A stretch of DNA of 64,000 bases from an uncultured Rhodothermales bacterium (GCA_965651265.1 CBFGRV010000006.1:22595-86594), one strand, 5' to 3'; counted from the first letter of the stretch, positions 20,540-29,778 are shown. Notes: generated from the letters alone by a model not told the origin. Program-made: numbers and translations.

Positions 20540-21019
20540 ATGAGTAACCGTCGCGAGGCTAGAGAGCGGGTCATGCAGGCGCTCTATGCGTACGAGATCG
20601 CCCAGGACGACGTGCGGCATATCATCAACACCCTCATCAAGCCGCACTTGAATGAGGATCGTGAGAATCTCAAATTCGCCGAAAGCCTGTTTCTGCGGAC
20701 CATCGACCAGACGCCGGAGCTGGATGAAATCATCGGCCGGTATGCGGAGAACTGGGACCTTTCGCGAATTGCCTTGATCGACCACATCGTCCTCCGGATG
20801 GCCATCGCCGAGATGCTGACTTTCGAAGACATACCTCCGAAAGTGTCCATCAATGAGGCGATCGAAATCGCGAAGCGGTACAGTACGTCGAAGAGCGGAC
20901 AGTTCATCAACGGTATCCTGGATGCCGTCCTGCTCGATCTAAAGGAGAGGGGACGACTGAAGAAGTCGGGGCGAGGCCTGATCGGAATGCAGTCCATCCG
21001 CGACAGAACGCCATCCTAA
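20540..21019 (+). CDS. nusB: Transcription antitermination factor NusB
   Basis: RREARERVMQALY, IPPKVSINEAIEIAKRY, FINGILD. Confidence 0.96.
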   Translation: MSNRREARERVMQALYAYEIAQDDVRHIINTLIKPHLNEDRENLKFAESLFLRTIDQTPELDEIIGRYAENWDLSRIALIDHIVLRMAIAEMLTFEDIPPKVSINEAIEIAKRYSTSKSGQFINGILDAVLLDLKERGRLKKSGRGLIGMQSIRDRTPS

Positions 21020-21051
21020 CGTAAACCTCCTACGGACTGCGTAATTATTGG

Positions 21052-21708
21052 ATGGGGCTCATCGCGATTGGAGACGTTCACGGCTGCGCACGAACGCTGG
21101 AGGCGCTGATCGATCAGATCAACCCGTCGCAGGATGATCATCTGGTCTTCGTAGGCGATTACGTCGACCGCGGCCCGGACTCGAAAGGCGTCATTAATTT
21201 TCTCTTCAACCTCCGGGAGGACCACACCTGCACTTTCCTCCGGGGCAATCACGAGGCCCTCATGCTGGACTACCTCGATCGGGGGGAGTTCGAAATGTGG
21301 CGTGTGAATGGGGGGATTCCGACGCTGGAGAGCTATCGCGCCTCAAAGGACAAAATCGAGATTCCGGAGAGCCACGTCACCTTTCTGCGGCAGACGAAGC
21401 TCTTCTATGATGCTCCCGAGTTCTTTTTCGTCCATGCCGGATTGCGGCCGGAGTTCAGCATCGACGAGAACCTGCAGCGCGGGGACGAGCGGGTTTTTCT
21501 GTGGGAGCGATCCCACCTTCACGCCCGGAAGTTCGCGTGGGAGAAACCTATCGTTTGCGGGCACACGCCGCATTCGGAGCCGATCAATCGCGACAAACTC
21601 ATCATGATCGACACGGGATGCGTTTACCACACGCACCCGATGCTGGGTCGGTTGACAGCGGTTCGGCTACCGGACCGAGAGTTCATCTCGGTTCACTATC
21701 GAGGATGA
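21052..21708 (+). CDS. PPP-family metallophosphoesterase (Ser/Thr phosphatase-like)
   Basis: IGDVHG, GDYVDRG, RGNHE, FVHAG, GHTP, IDTG. Confidence 0.92.
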   Translation: MGLIAIGDVHGCARTLEALIDQINPSQDDHLVFVGDYVDRGPDSKGVINFLFNLREDHTCTFLRGNHEALMLDYLDRGEFEMWRVNGGIPTLESYRASKDKIEIPESHVTFLRQTKLFYDAPEFFFVHAGLRPEFSIDENLQRGDERVFLWERSHLHARKFAWEKPIVCGHTPHSEPINRDKLIMIDTGCVYHTHPMLGRLTAVRLPDREFISVHYRG

Positions 21709-21724
21709 TGCGCGCGGCGCGCAC

Positions 21725-22264
21725 TCAGATCTGCAACCAGATTCCGGCCCGCAAGAAGGGTCGCTGGATACCCAGCTCGGCGAAGTAGAACCGGTTGCCC
21801 CCCAACGTCGACGAGAACCGGAGAAAGGGCTCGAGGAACAGGCTGAACGGGTTTTCGGCGCGGCTCGATTCACCCACGGTGAAGAACAGGCTCGGGCCGA
21901 ACCGGAGTCCCACGTCAAAGTCACGGTCGACGTTCTCGGGTGTACCGATTACGCGCATGATGCCGAGCACGCGAACGGCGGCGCCGATCCCGGCTGAGAC
22001 CTGCAGCGTCCCCTGGCCGCCGGCGAATGACGGTGTCGCGTCGCCGTAGAGCACACCTTCGACCGTGTAGAGGGCGCGCGGCGACACGTACCCCAGCTCG
22101 ACGCCGAGCCCGGGCACGAGCCCGGGACCGACGATGATGTGGGGTGCTCGGGCTAGCTGAGCGGCCGCCGGTACAACGCCAGGCCCGATCGCCATCAGCC
22201 CGAACACGAAAAGCATGGTGGAACAAACAAACCCTCCTCTGATTAGCGGGCTGGTCTTTTTCAA
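21725..22264 (-). CDS. Hypothetical exported beta-strand-rich protein
   Basis: Signal peptide, amphipathic strands, terminal aromatic-containing strand (GIWLQI). Confidence 0.55.
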   Translation of the reverse strand: MKKTSPLIRGGFVCSTMLFVFGLMAIGPGVVPAAAQLARAPHIIVGPGLVPGLGVELGYVSPRALYTVEGVLYGDATPSFAGGQGTLQVSAGIGAAVRVLGIMRVIGTPENVDRDFDVGLRFGPSLFFTVGESSRAENPFSLFLEPFLRFSSTLGGNRFYFAELGIQRPFLRAGIWLQI

Positions 22265-22318
22265 CGGTCGTCGCGGACGGCTGGATAGCGGGCTGTACTC
22301 ACGTCTAATTTAGAGAAG

Positions 22319-23413
22319 ATGGCGCTTCGTTGCGGCATAGTCGGCCTTCCGAACGTCGGTAAGTCCACGCTCTTCAACGCGCTCAGCGACGCGGGCGCGG
22401 CATCGGAGAATTATCCCTTCTGCACCATCGAGCCGAACGTGGGCGTAGTGCCCGTTCCGGATGAGCGGCTGGCCGAGCTGGCGCGGCTATCGAGATCCGC
22501 GAAGGTGACGCCGACGGCCATCGAGTTCGTCGACATCGCGGGCCTCGTCGCCGGCGCCTCCCGCGGCGAAGGTCTCGGCAATCAATTCCTGGCGCACATC
22601 CGCGAGGTCGACGCCATCGTGCATGTCGTACGCTGCTTCGAGGACCCCAACATCGTGCACGTATCCGGCTCGGTCGATCCGCGGCGCGATATCGAGATCA
22701 TCGAAACCGAACTCCTGCTGAAAGACCTGGAGACCGTCGAACGGCGCATCGAGCGCACGGAGAAGCAGGCGAAGGGCGGCGACAAGAAGCTTCGCGAGGA
22801 GCTTGCCTTCTATGGGCGAGTGCGGGATCATCTGTCCGAGGGCAAGCCCGTCCGCGGCTTCAACGTACGCGACGAGGAGGCCGGATGGCTCGAATCGCTC
22901 TTCCTCCTGTCGGCCAAGCCCGTTCTCTACGCCGCGAACGTGGCCGAGGACGACCTCCCCGACGGCAACGAATACGTCGACGTCGTCCGGGAGATTGCGG
23001 CGGAAGAGGGTGCCGGCGTCGTTGTCTTTTGCGCCGAGCTGGAAGCGCAGCTGGCGGAGCTAGACCCCACCGAGAGGCAGGCCTTCCTGGATTCGGTAGG
23101 CTTGAAGGAGTCGGGGCTCGAGCGACTGGTCCATGCCGCCTACAGCCTGCTCGGGTTGATCACCTTCTTCACGACGGGCCCGAAGGAGACGCGGGCCTGG
23201 ACGATCGAACGCGGTACGAAGGCGCCCGCGGCAGCCGGCAAGATCCACACGGACTTCGAGCGAGGCTTCATTCGCGCCGAGACGATCAAGTTCGCCGACT
23301 TCATCAAGCACGGCTCCGAATCGGCGGCCCGCGAAGCCGGCGTCATGCGAGCCGAAGGTAAAGACTACGTAGTCCAGGACGGCGACGTTATCCTCTTCCG
23401 CTTCAACGTCTAA
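22319..23413 (+). CDS. ychF: Ribosome-binding ATPase YchF
   Basis: [43 protein letters not shown], ends FRFNV. Confidence 0.98.
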   Translation: MALRCGIVGLPNVGKSTLFNALSDAGAASENYPFCTIEPNVGVVPVPDERLAELARLSRSAKVTPTAIEFVDIAGLVAGASRGEGLGNQFLAHIREVDAIVHVVRCFEDPNIVHVSGSVDPRRDIEIIETELLLKDLETVERRIERTEKQAKGGDKKLREELAFYGRVRDHLSEGKPVRGFNVRDEEAGWLESLFLLSAKPVLYAANVAEDDLPDGNEYVDVVREIAAEEGAGVVVFCAELEAQLAELDPTERQAFLDSVGLKESGLERLVHAAYSLLGLITFFTTGPKETRAWTIERGTKAPAAAGKIHTDFERGFIRAETIKFADFIKHGSESAAREAGVMRAEGKDYVVQDGDVILFRFNV

Positions 23414-23433
23414 CCGGCAGCCAACCAGCAACC

Positions 23434-24153
23434 CTACAACAGCTTGCCAAACGTAAGGGTGATGGTTGGTGTGCCGAAGTTGCGCTGGGCGCCCTCGACC
23501 TGCGGCTCCATCAGTTGAATCCCCTGGAAGAAGTGGGTCAGCGAGTAGCCGATCCGGACGCCCTGGGTCACCCGTTTGCTGAGCCCAAAATGCGCCCCCA
23601 GCGCGATGGTGCCGCCCACGCCCATCCGAAAGTCCCCCTTCGGCAGCGCACCGATCGAGTCGAACGTTTCCTCCTCGCTCGAATCGTAGCGTCCGTTTCC
23701 GTTGGTATCCTCGAAATACGGGTACTCCCATCCGATCGTCGGGCCCGCCGTCACCTGCACGTACGGCCGAAAATTGTCTGCGATGGTTTCACGGAACAAC
23801 CGGTGGATGATGCCGGCCTGCACCGGCGCCATCAGGAGATAGTTCGCCTTGTAGGGGATGTAGCTGCTGCCAAATCGAAAGAACTTGCTCTCTCTTTCGT
23901 CCTTACCCGAACCGAAGCTGATCTCCGTCATGAACGATGTGGAGCGCGTCAGCTCGCGGTGGTAATAGCCTCCGAGCCCGAATCCGCTATTCGTCAGCAG
24001 GATCTGGAATCCGATGCCGGACCCGTATTCATTGCGCCGCTCGGTCGGATCGGTCGGATGATCCTGTGCGCGCGAGGAGACTGAAGAGAACGAGACGAGC
24101 AGCAGGGCTGCGAGGGCAGTTCGCAGCGGGAGCGTGGATCGTTGATACAACAT
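23434..24153 (-). CDS. Hypothetical outer-membrane beta-barrel-like protein
   Basis: Signal peptide; Gly/aromatic alternating strands; ends TITLTFGKLL. Confidence 0.6.
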   Translation of the reverse strand: MLYQRSTLPLRTALAALLLVSFSSVSSRAQDHPTDPTERRNEYGSGIGFQILLTNSGFGLGGYYHRELTRSTSFMTEISFGSGKDERESKFFRFGSSYIPYKANYLLMAPVQAGIIHRLFRETIADNFRPYVQVTAGPTIGWEYPYFEDTNGNGRYDSSEEETFDSIGALPKGDFRMGVGGTIALGAHFGLSKRVTQGVRIGYSLTHFFQGIQLMEPQVEGAQRNFGTPTITLTFGKLL

Positions 24154-24263
24154 GATCGAGGCAGGGGCGGGATGTGGTCATCTCCCGAAAAACCCGTGCG
24201 ACCGTTGAAAGTTCTTACGATATTCTTTGTCGCCATACTCACCATCCTATCCGAGGCGAGCCG

Positions 24264-25094
24264 ATGCGCCGCTGTATTTCACTCCTCAAGACAGGGCTCT
24301 GTGCTCTACTGCCGGCCGGCTGCATCCTCCTCCTGATGAGCTGCGGCGACTCGGAAATGGGCGGCGCCGTCGAGGTCCCGGAGATGGAGACGAAGGCCGA
24401 CAGCGTGGCGATGCAGGTATTCGAGGCCTTCGGCGGCCCGGAAGCCTGGGCTTCGCTTCGATATCTCCGCTTCGACTTCGGTGGCGGAACGGAATCGACG
24501 CGCAACATCCGCGCGAGCCATCTCTGGGATCGCCACACAGGGGACTACCGCGTCGAGATGATGGGCGGCCAGGACACCGTCTACGTGGCGCTGTTCAACG
24601 TGAACACCCGCGAGGGAGACGTCTATCTGAACGGAGAACCCGTCGAGGGGCCCCGCCGCGAAGAGTTGCTCGAGCAGGCCTACGTCCGCTTCATCAACGA
24701 CACGTACTGGCTCCTCATGCCGGTCAAGATGTTCGACCCCGGAGTCACTAGAACCTACGTGAGCGACTCCTCCTCGGCCGGCACGGAGGTCATCCAGCTC
24801 TCCTTTGCGGATGTCGGGCTCACGCCAGGGGATCGTTATTGGGTCTACGTGGATGCGGCGACGGGCCGCGTCGATCGCTGGGCCTTTCACCTTCAGAGTC
24901 ATCCCCCCGATCACGTCCCGGTCCCCATCGAGTGGACGGCCTACAAGACGCTGCAAGTCCCCGCCGGAGAAATCCTCGTCGCCGAGCGTAAGGTCCGTGA
25001 TGGCTTTGTGACCTACACGGACAATGTCGAGGCCCCAAGAGAGGTCGAAGACGGAGCCTTCACCGACCCAAATCCGATGCTCACCGGCTCCTAG
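24264..25094 (+). CDS. Hypothetical lipoprotein
   Basis: Lipobox-like LLMSC after a hydrophobic stretch; FINDTYWLLMP segment; start set at ATG 24264. Confidence 0.6.
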   Translation: MRRCISLLKTGLCALLPAGCILLLMSCGDSEMGGAVEVPEMETKADSVAMQVFEAFGGPEAWASLRYLRFDFGGGTESTRNIRASHLWDRHTGDYRVEMMGGQDTVYVALFNVNTREGDVYLNGEPVEGPRREELLEQAYVRFINDTYWLLMPVKMFDPGVTRTYVSDSSSAGTEVIQLSFADVGLTPGDRYWVYVDAATGRVDRWAFHLQSHPPDHVPVPIEWTAYKTLQVPAGEILVAERKVRDGFVTYTDNVEAPREVEDGAFTDPNPMLTGS

Positions 25095-25097
25095 CTG

Positions 25098-26363
25098 TTG
25101 GATTTCCGCCTTCTGATTGCCCGGCGCTACCTCCTCGGGCGCCGGCAATTTACGCTCATTTCGTTCATCACCGGCATTTCGGTGGCCGGCGTGACCCTCG
25201 GCGTGGCGGCGCTGATCGTGGTTTTGTCCGTGATGAACGGGTTCTACGACTTCGTCCAGAACCTGCTCGTCTCTCTGGATCCCCACGTGCGCATCGTGAG
25301 CGCGGAAGAGGCGAGCATCGCCAATGCGGATTCACTCATCGAGGTGGCGCTCGCGCTCGATCACGTCGAGCATGCGTCCGCCTACGTCGAGGGCAAGGCC
25401 TTGATCATGCCGGAGCGCGGCGCCGACGTGAACAAGGTCGTCATCGTTCGCGGCGTCGATCCCGAGGCATACGCCGGCGTCAGCGATGTAGTCGCGCGAA
25501 CGGGCCTCGGAAGCTTTGCGCTCGACCGAAAGGAAGGGCGCCCGGGACTCGTCGCCGGGATGTCCCTCGCCCGCCGCATGGCTCTGGCGCCGCCCGGCCC
25601 CGGCGAGCCGGGAAGCCATGTCGCGCTGCTCTCCGCCCCTGCTCTCGAGCGGATGCTCGTCAGCGCTTTTGGCGGCATGCCCTACATGTGGTTCGAGGTG
25701 CGCGGGCTCTTCGAGCTGGATGCCGTTTACGACGAGAGCCACGTCTTCGTATCCATCGAGGAGGCGCAGCGGCTGTTTCGGATGGAACGCGGCGTGTCCG
25801 GCATCGAGCTGCGGCTGGATGACCTGAACCGGGCCGACGCCATCAAAGCCGACCTGGAAGCCCGCCTGCCCGCCGACCGGTACGAGGTCTTGACCTGGTA
25901 CGACCTGCAGCGATCCCTCTACGACGTCATGCGGCTCGAAAAATGGGGCGCCACGGCGATCCTCACCCTCATCATATTGGTCGCCGCCTTCAACATCATC
26001 GGATCGCTCACGATGATCGTCATCGAGAAGCGCCGCGATGTGGGCGTGCTTCAGGCCATGGGAGCTTCCCGGCGGGATATCAGGAAGATATTCATGCTGG
26101 AGGGTGCTCTCGTTGGGGTCGTGGGTACGTCGCTGGGGTTGCTTCTGGGCCTGGGCCTCGCCCTCCTGCAGAAACACTACGCGCTCGTTCCGCTCGCCGG
26201 CGCCGAGTCCTTCATGATCGATGCCTATCCCGTCTCCATCCGGTGGCTGGATGTGGTGCTGGTCTCGGCGGTCGCGCTCACGCTCTGCACGCTCGCGGCC
26301 ATCTATCCGGCCGTTCGCGCATCGTCCATCGAGCCGGCTTCGGCGGTGAATGTGGAGGGGTGA
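25098..26363 (+). CDS. LolC/LolE-family (FtsX-like) ABC permease
   Basis: GVTLGVAALIVVLSVMNG, periplasmic domain, AAFNIIGSLTMIVIEKRRDVGVLQAMGA. Confidence 0.9.
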   Translation: MDFRLLIARRYLLGRRQFTLISFITGISVAGVTLGVAALIVVLSVMNGFYDFVQNLLVSLDPHVRIVSAEEASIANADSLIEVALALDHVEHASAYVEGKALIMPERGADVNKVVIVRGVDPEAYAGVSDVVARTGLGSFALDRKEGRPGLVAGMSLARRMALAPPGPGEPGSHVALLSAPALERMLVSAFGGMPYMWFEVRGLFELDAVYDESHVFVSIEEAQRLFRMERGVSGIELRLDDLNRADAIKADLEARLPADRYEVLTWYDLQRSLYDVMRLEKWGATAILTLIILVAAFNIIGSLTMIVIEKRRDVGVLQAMGASRRDIRKIFMLEGALVGVVGTSLGLLLGLGLALLQKHYALVPLAGAESFMIDAYPVSIRWLDVVLVSAVALTLCTLAAIYPAVRASSIEPASAVNVEG

Positions 26364-26369
26364 GGGGAT

Positions 26370-26594
26370 GGGAGATGGGAGATGGGAGATAGGAGATGGG
26401 AGATAGGAGATGGGAGATAAGAGATAAGAGATAAGAGATAGGAGATAGGAGATAGGAGATAGGAGATGGGAGATAGGAGGGCGGAGGGCGGAGGGCGGAG
26501 GGCAGAGGTCAGAGGTCGGAGGGCAGAGGTCGGAGGGCAGAGGTCGGAGGTCGGAGGTCGGAGGTCAGAGGCCGGAGGTCGGAGGGCGGAGGTC
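26370..26594 (+). repeat. Two abutting heptamer tandem arrays: (RRGAGAT)x15 at 26370-26474 and (RGAGGKC)x17 at 26476-26594
   Basis: Counted unit by unit. Variants GGGAGAT/AGGAGAT/AAGAGAT, then GGAGGGC/AGAGGTC/GGAGGTC with one AGAGGCC. Confidence 0.97.
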
Positions 26595-26717
26595 AGACCG
26601 CCGGGTCCGGGTTAAGGCGATCTCAACGAGCAACCAGTAACCGGTTCTTGGTCGAATGACCAATGATTTATATACTGCACGCGCCAATTTGGATGACGCC
26701 ATCTTTCTGCGCCGCGG

Positions 26718-27518
26718 ATGATTCACAAACAGTTTCGTATGAACGGAATCCCTGAGCGTCCCGCGAAGCCGCGGGATTTCGGACTCACGTTGATGCTCGA
26801 TAAGGGTTTGGCTCCGCGCCAGGTGGAGGACGTGCTGGACGTAGCGTCCGAGTACGTGGATCTCGTCAAGATGGGATGGGGAACGGCCGCCATCACGCCG
26901 AGCCTCGAGCGCAAGCTCGAGATCTACCGCAGCGCCGATGTGCCCGTCTATTTCGGCGGTACGCTCTTCGAGGCCTACTTCTTGCGCGATCAACTCGATG
27001 ACTACAAGCGGCTCCTCTCCGCGCTGCGCGTCGAGCATGTCGAGATCTCCGACGGCACGCTGCTCATCCCCCACGACGAGAAGCTGCGCTGCATCGAGTC
27101 GTTCGGGCGAGAATTTACGGTGCTCAGCGAGGTCGGCTCGAAAGACAACGAGCGGATCATGCCTCCCTACCGATGGGTTCGCGCCATCGAGGCCGAGCTG
27201 GAAGCGGGTAGTTGGAAGGTCATCTGCGAGGCACGCGAAAGCGGCACGGCCGGGCTCTACCGGCCGAACGGCGAGGTGCGCTCCGGCCTGGTGGAGGAGA
27301 TCGCCGACCTCATCGATCAGAATCGCATCATCTTCGAGGCGCCCAAGAAGGCCCAGCAGGTCTGGTTCATCCAGCAGCTGGGCACGAACGTAAACCTCGG
27401 CAACATCAGCCCCGAAGAAATCCTTCCGCTGGAAACACTGCGGCTGGGGCTGCGCTCGGACACCATGTTCGAATTCTTCTCGCATCCGAGCATTTTGACG
27501 ATCCATCACGAGGAGTAG
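26718..27518 (+). CDS. comA: Phosphosulfolactate synthase (ComA family)
   Basis: PRDFGLTLMLDKG, VKMGWGT, FGGTLFE, EISDG, SEVGSK, EARESG, FEAP, VNLGNI, ETLRLGLRSDT. Confidence 0.9.
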   Translation: MIHKQFRMNGIPERPAKPRDFGLTLMLDKGLAPRQVEDVLDVASEYVDLVKMGWGTAAITPSLERKLEIYRSADVPVYFGGTLFEAYFLRDQLDDYKRLLSALRVEHVEISDGTLLIPHDEKLRCIESFGREFTVLSEVGSKDNERIMPPYRWVRAIEAELEAGSWKVICEARESGTAGLYRPNGEVRSGLVEEIADLIDQNRIIFEAPKKAQQVWFIQQLGTNVNLGNISPEEILPLETLRLGLRSDTMFEFFSHPSILTIHHEE

Positions 27519-27652
27519 GCACCCTCGCCGTGGAGCGGCCTCCATCGTGAATTGAAGAAACAAATCATCTGAGGCCGTCTTTAAGCGTCCGGTCGCCGCA
27601 GCCTCCTGCCGGCACGCGGCCGGCTGTCCCCCACAACATCGACGAAAGAACT

Positions 27653-27889
27653 ATGTCACGGAAAGACGACCTCACGGGTCGGGGGCCGAGGACCGGCAAC
27701 CACGTTTCGCACGCCAACAACAAGGCGAAGCGCCGGTTCAGCGTCAATCTCCAGAAGAAGCGTTTCTATATTCCCGAGCAGGATCGCTGGGTGACGCTGA
27801 AGGTCTCCACGAAGACCCTGAAGACTATCAATAAGAACGGAATCCAGGCGGTGATCGATGAGGCGAGGCGCCAGGGCGTGCGCGTCTGA
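27653..27889 (+). CDS. rpmB: 50S ribosomal protein L28
   Basis: TGNHVSHANNKAKRRFSVNLQ. Confidence 0.95.
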   Translation: MSRKDDLTGRGPRTGNHVSHANNKAKRRFSVNLQKKRFYIPEQDRWVTLKVSTKTLKTINKNGIQAVIDEARRQGVRV

Positions 27890-27950
27890 CCACTCGTCCG
27901 TCTGACGTCAAATTATCGCCGCCCGCCGCCACGAATCGCGGAATTGAGTC

Positions 27951-28121
27951 ATGGCTAAAGCAAAAGGAAACCGCATCCAGATCACGCTCGAGTGCACGGA
28001 GGCGCCCGGTACGTCACGCTACACGACGACGAAGAACCGCCGCAACACCACCGAGCGCGTCGAGCTCAAGAAATACAATCCGGTACTGCGCAAGCATACG
28101 ATTCACCGGGAGATCAAGTAA
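27951..28121 (+). CDS. rpmG: 50S ribosomal protein L33 (no CxxC pairs)
   Basis: Manual translation [56 protein letters not shown]; 56 aa, below the ORF-track cutoff. Confidence 0.95.
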   Translation: MAKAKGNRIQITLECTEAPGTSRYTTTKNRRNTTERVELKKYNPVLRKHTIHREIK

Positions 28122-28123
28122 CG

Positions 28124-28300
28124 ATGGCAAAGAAGCAGACATTCGGCGACAAGGTCCGGAGACAGCGCGGCGCGGGCCGGCAGATGGCCAAGATCGTGTC
28201 CGCAGAGAAGAAGCCGAACGGCCAGTACCGCTTCAAGCAGAAGATGGTGCTCGCGGAGGATGTCGCCGCAGAGATCAAGGCGGCGAAAGAGGGGCTGTAG
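28124..28300 (+). CDS. Small basic protein, DUF4295/bL38-like
   Basis: MAKKQTFGDKVRRQRGAGRQMAKIVSAEKKPNGQYRFKQKMV..., 58 aa, starts 2 nt after the rpmG stop; position and the AKIV...G.Y.FK pattern match DUF4295. Confidence 0.7.
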   Translation: MAKKQTFGDKVRRQRGAGRQMAKIVSAEKKPNGQYRFKQKMVLAEDVAAEIKAAKEGL

Positions 28301-28312
28301 ACAGGCGTTATT

Positions 28313-28386
28313 CGGGGCGTGGCGCAGTCCGGTAGCGCATCTGCTTTGGGAGCAGAGGGTCGTCGGTTCAAATCCGGCCGCCCCGA
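28313..28386 (+). tRNA. tRNA-Pro(TGG), CCA not encoded
   Basis: Acceptor CGGGGCG/CGCCCCG, anticodon arm TCTGC-TTTGGGA-GCAGA, T-loop GTTCAAATCC. Confidence 0.96.
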
Positions 28387-28484
28387 CACGTAAGGGCCCG
28401 GGCACTGCGGCGACGGGCGATGAATGCGGCACGTTTCGGAGGGCCAGCCCGAATCCAGGCACACGGCTGCTCGATGTCCGCCAG

Positions 28485-28558
28485 GCGCCCGTAGCTCAAC
28501 TGGATAGAGCAGCGGACTTCTAATCCGCAGGTTGCAGGTTCGAGTCCTGCCGGGCGCG
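28485..28558 (+). tRNA. tRNA-Arg(TCT), CCA not encoded
   Basis: Acceptor GCGCCCG/CGGGCGC, anticodon arm GCGGA-CTTCTAA-TCCGC, GTTCGAGTCC. Confidence 0.96.
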
Positions 28559-28687
28559 CCCTCTTCCCTCCTGGCGCGCCCGCATCGATCCTTCTCTGCT
28601 CCGCGACACTGCGAACTCCATCCTCTCTTGTCCCGGGTCTTCTGGCCGCGGTTCGGGCAATAGGCGAGCCCTCCCGCCGTTTATCAC

Positions 28688-28716
28688 TTGCCGCGGCATC
28701 CTCTCCGGGGTATATT
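28688..28716 (+). promoter_or_regulatory. Sigma70-like promoter for the four-gene module
   Basis: TTGCCG (28688-28693), 17-nt spacer, TATATT (28711-28716). Confidence 0.5.
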
Positions 28717-28793
28717 CCAATCGGCTTGACGTGTTGGCGCCGCTTTTCTCAGCAGGCCGCGGCACGCTTCGTCGAACACCTCTCTGCCGACCG

Positions 28794-29381
28794 ATGCATC
28801 ACCCTCAAACAGCAACCGCCGGCGTGGTGGCTCGCCCGACGAGCCTCATGGAACGGCTCAATACGATCTGGCACGAGCGTGCGCTGCAGATCTTCATGGC
28901 GATCGTACTGGCGCACTGGGCTGAACACCTGGTCCAGGCCTATCAGATTTACGCGTTGAAGATGCCCCTGCCCGAAGCGCGCGGCTTGCTGGGGTACTGG
29001 TATCCGTGGTTGGTGGCGTCGGAGACCCTCCACTACGGCTATGCGCTGGTCATGGTCGTCGTGCTGTGGGTACTTCGGACGGGGTTCACCGGCCGATCCT
29101 ACACGTGGTGGATGGTGGCATTCGGCATCCAGTTCTGGCACCACATAGAGCACGCGCTGCTGCAGGCCCAGGTGCTGATCGGAATGAACCTGATGAATGC
29201 GCCTGTGCCGATTAGCATCCTCCAGATATGGATTCGCCGGCCCGAGCTGCACCTGATCTACAATGCGGCAGTATTCTTCCCGATGATCGTGGCGATGTAC
29301 TACCACCTGTTCCCGTCGCCCGAAGAGGAGTCACAGATGCAGTGCAGTTGTGCGATTCGTCCCCGAGCCGCGATGGCGTAG
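28794..29381 (+). CDS. His-rich integral membrane protein with duplicated HxxEH / E(x)LH motifs (DUF6008-like, tentative)
   Basis: About four hydrophobic helices; HWAEH...ETLHY and HHIEH...ELHL; C-terminal CSC; start set at ATG 28794. Confidence 0.7.
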   Translation: MHHPQTATAGVVARPTSLMERLNTIWHERALQIFMAIVLAHWAEHLVQAYQIYALKMPLPEARGLLGYWYPWLVASETLHYGYALVMVVVLWVLRTGFTGRSYTWWMVAFGIQFWHHIEHALLQAQVLIGMNLMNAPVPISILQIWIRRPELHLIYNAAVFFPMIVAMYYHLFPSPEEESQMQCSCAIRPRAAMA

Positions 29382-29778
29382 TACGCGCGCCGGCGCGCGT
29401 CGTGCGCTTCTCCCTTTTACGCTTCTCCTGCTCGCATTTGGAGTCGGCTGCGGAGCGAATGAATCGGCGGACAACGTAGCGGTTGACTGGGAGGTCGCTC
29501 CCGATCCACCCTCGGTGGGACCCGTCGTCGTCGCCGTGGGGTTATCCGGTGTGGACGGGCAGCCGATTCGCGGTGCCTCCGTTCGGCTGGAGGCCACCAT
29601 GACCCATCCCGGGATGGCACCGGCCATTGCGGCGGCCGAGGAAACGGCGCCGGGGCGGTACGAGGCCGGGCTGAGCCTCTCCATGGCCGGCGACTGGCTG
29701 TTGATCGTCCAGGCCGAACTGCCGGATGGCCGGATTCTGCAGCGGCAACACGATTTGCGAGGTGTGTCCGCGCCCTGA
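29350..29778 (+). CDS. YtkA/FixH-like lipoprotein
   Basis: Lipobox-like FGVGC; LEATMTHPGMAP, PGRYEA, MAGDWLLIV pattern of YtkA-like Ig-fold domains. Confidence 0.75.
   Translation: MRFVPEPRWRSTRAGARRALLPFTLLLLAFGVGCGANESADNVAVDWEVAPDPPSVGPVVVAVGLSGVDGQPIRGASVRLEATMTHPGMAPAIAAAEETAPGRYEAGLSLSMAGDWLLIVQAELPDGRILQRQHDLRGVSAP

Noticed and set aside
23784-23800. GTTTCACGGAACA as a parS site
   Set aside because: Incomplete palindrome compared with TGTTTCACGTGAAACA, and inside a coding region
26370-26594. Repeat region as a CRISPR array
   Set aside because: Contiguous 7-nt units with no unique spacers and no cas genes in the window
26565-27563. 332-aa minus-strand ORF opposite comA, and similar long antisense ORFs (739-1662, 24306-25286, 39057-40232, 41160-42488, 47043-48032, 52340-53551)
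   Set aside because: Shadow ORFs of well-supported genes; expected in high-GC DNA and lacking recognisable motifs
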